Under the pieces are notes generated by a model. That model was given only the letters and a program-made list of their open reading frames with translations, ran no database searches and was not told the origin of the DNA. The translations under genes and the position numbers were made by a program. A stretch of 5,947 bases of DNA. Origin: Candidatus Wukongarchaeum yapensis (GTDB lineage Archaea; Asgardarchaeota; Wukongarchaeia; Wukongarchaeales; Wukongarchaeaceae). Location of the stretch: NCBI GenBank assembly GCA_016840425.1, contig JAEOSI010000148.1:1-5947 (forward strand), given 5' to 3'. Positions 5,394 through 5,947 of the stretch are shown here, piece by piece; position 1 is the first letter of the stretch, and every line of letters begins with the position of its first letter.

Positions 5394-5903
5394 TCAGAAC
5401 TCTTCTGTTCTGAGACCGATTAAACCGGCTATAAGTAAGAATAATGCACCGATAGGTATTGGATATATGGTCGCAGCTCCTAGATTATCGTCGAGGACTG
5501 TGTATCCCATTAAGGTGAAAGCAAAACCAGCAATTGCGGCAAGAATTAAGAATATTCCTCCTGTCTTTGGGTCAAAAAACGTAATTAGAAACCCTAATGC
5601 TACTAGTGCTAAGGTTGCTGCCCAAAGAATCATCATAGTTTGTCCATCATCAGCACCCCATACTTCTTTCCATGCGTCTACCGAAAAGAAGCTTCTTTCT
5701 GTATAGCCTACATCCGGATATTCAAGGATGCCATATTCATCGGCAGAGACTGTGACTGGACCAAATCCTGCAGAAACACGGAAATATGCGTAAAACAGTC
5801 CTATAACCCAGGTTGCATCAAGCCCATTAAAGTCGACGTAAAAAACTGATATCGGCAATACCATTGCAAAAATCGTTAGGCCTAATACCGAGTTTTTTCC
5901 CAT
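5394..5903 (-). CDS. Uncharacterised 4-TM membrane protein with a large first loop (tetraspan, claudin-like layout), 169 aa
   Basis: ATG preceded by GGGGTT about 6 nt upstream; an in-frame stop 8 codons upstream fixes the start. TM1 is about aa 5-21, followed by an aromatic/acidic loop (about 22-88) and three closely spaced TMs (about 90-110, 115-135, 147-164). Confidence 0.78.
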   Translation of the reverse strand: MGKNSVLGLTIFAMVLPISVFYVDFNGLDATWVIGLFYAYFRVSAGFGPVTVSADEYGILEYPDVGYTERSFFSVDAWKEVWGADDGQTMMILWAATLALVALGFLITFFDPKTGGIFLILAAIAGFAFTLMGYTVLDDNLGAATIYPIPIGALFLLIAGLIGLRTEEF

Positions 5904-5947
5904 ATTATTAACCCCATAACTAAATTAGGAATTGGTAGATTAAAGTT

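Noticed and set aside
4608-5849. ORFs 4608-4862 (-), 5467-5706 (+), 5640-5849 (+)
   Set aside because: Antisense shadows of the 223-aa and 169-aa genes.
1-5947. CRISPR arrays, IS elements, rRNA or tRNA genes
   Set aside because: No regularly spaced repeats, transposase or integrase motifs, terminal inverted repeats with target duplications, or cloverleaf-like GC-rich segments were seen.

Overview
AT-rich archaeal-type window (BRE/TATA-like promoters, GAGGTG-type Shine-Dalgarno sites, GTG/TTG starts). An Asgard or TACK-like origin is plausible but is inference only. There are six real CDSs: the 3' part of a prephenate dehydrogenase (tyrA, +), an archaeal (R)-citramalate synthase (cimA, +), a convergent stand-alone ARPP-1/DUF6569 protein (-), and three uncharacterised membrane genes. 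These are a 140-aa 4-TM protein (-), a divergent 223-aa single-pass protein (+) and a convergent 169-aa 4-TM protein (-). The best lead is the 223-aa protein: it appears to follow the motif order of CCDC47 (DUF1682), the scaffold of the eukaryotic ER PAT intramembrane chaperone complex, but lacks the C-terminal coiled-coil, and it sits between two small 4-TM proteins of similar layout, one of them claudin-like. Also notable: near-total loss of T-ending codons at the 3' end of cimA, mirrored more weakly in the convergent ARPP-1 gene, and hairpins at both convergent junctions. No RNA genes, mobile elements or CRISPR arrays were seen. All family calls are by eye from remembered motifs; no searches were run.
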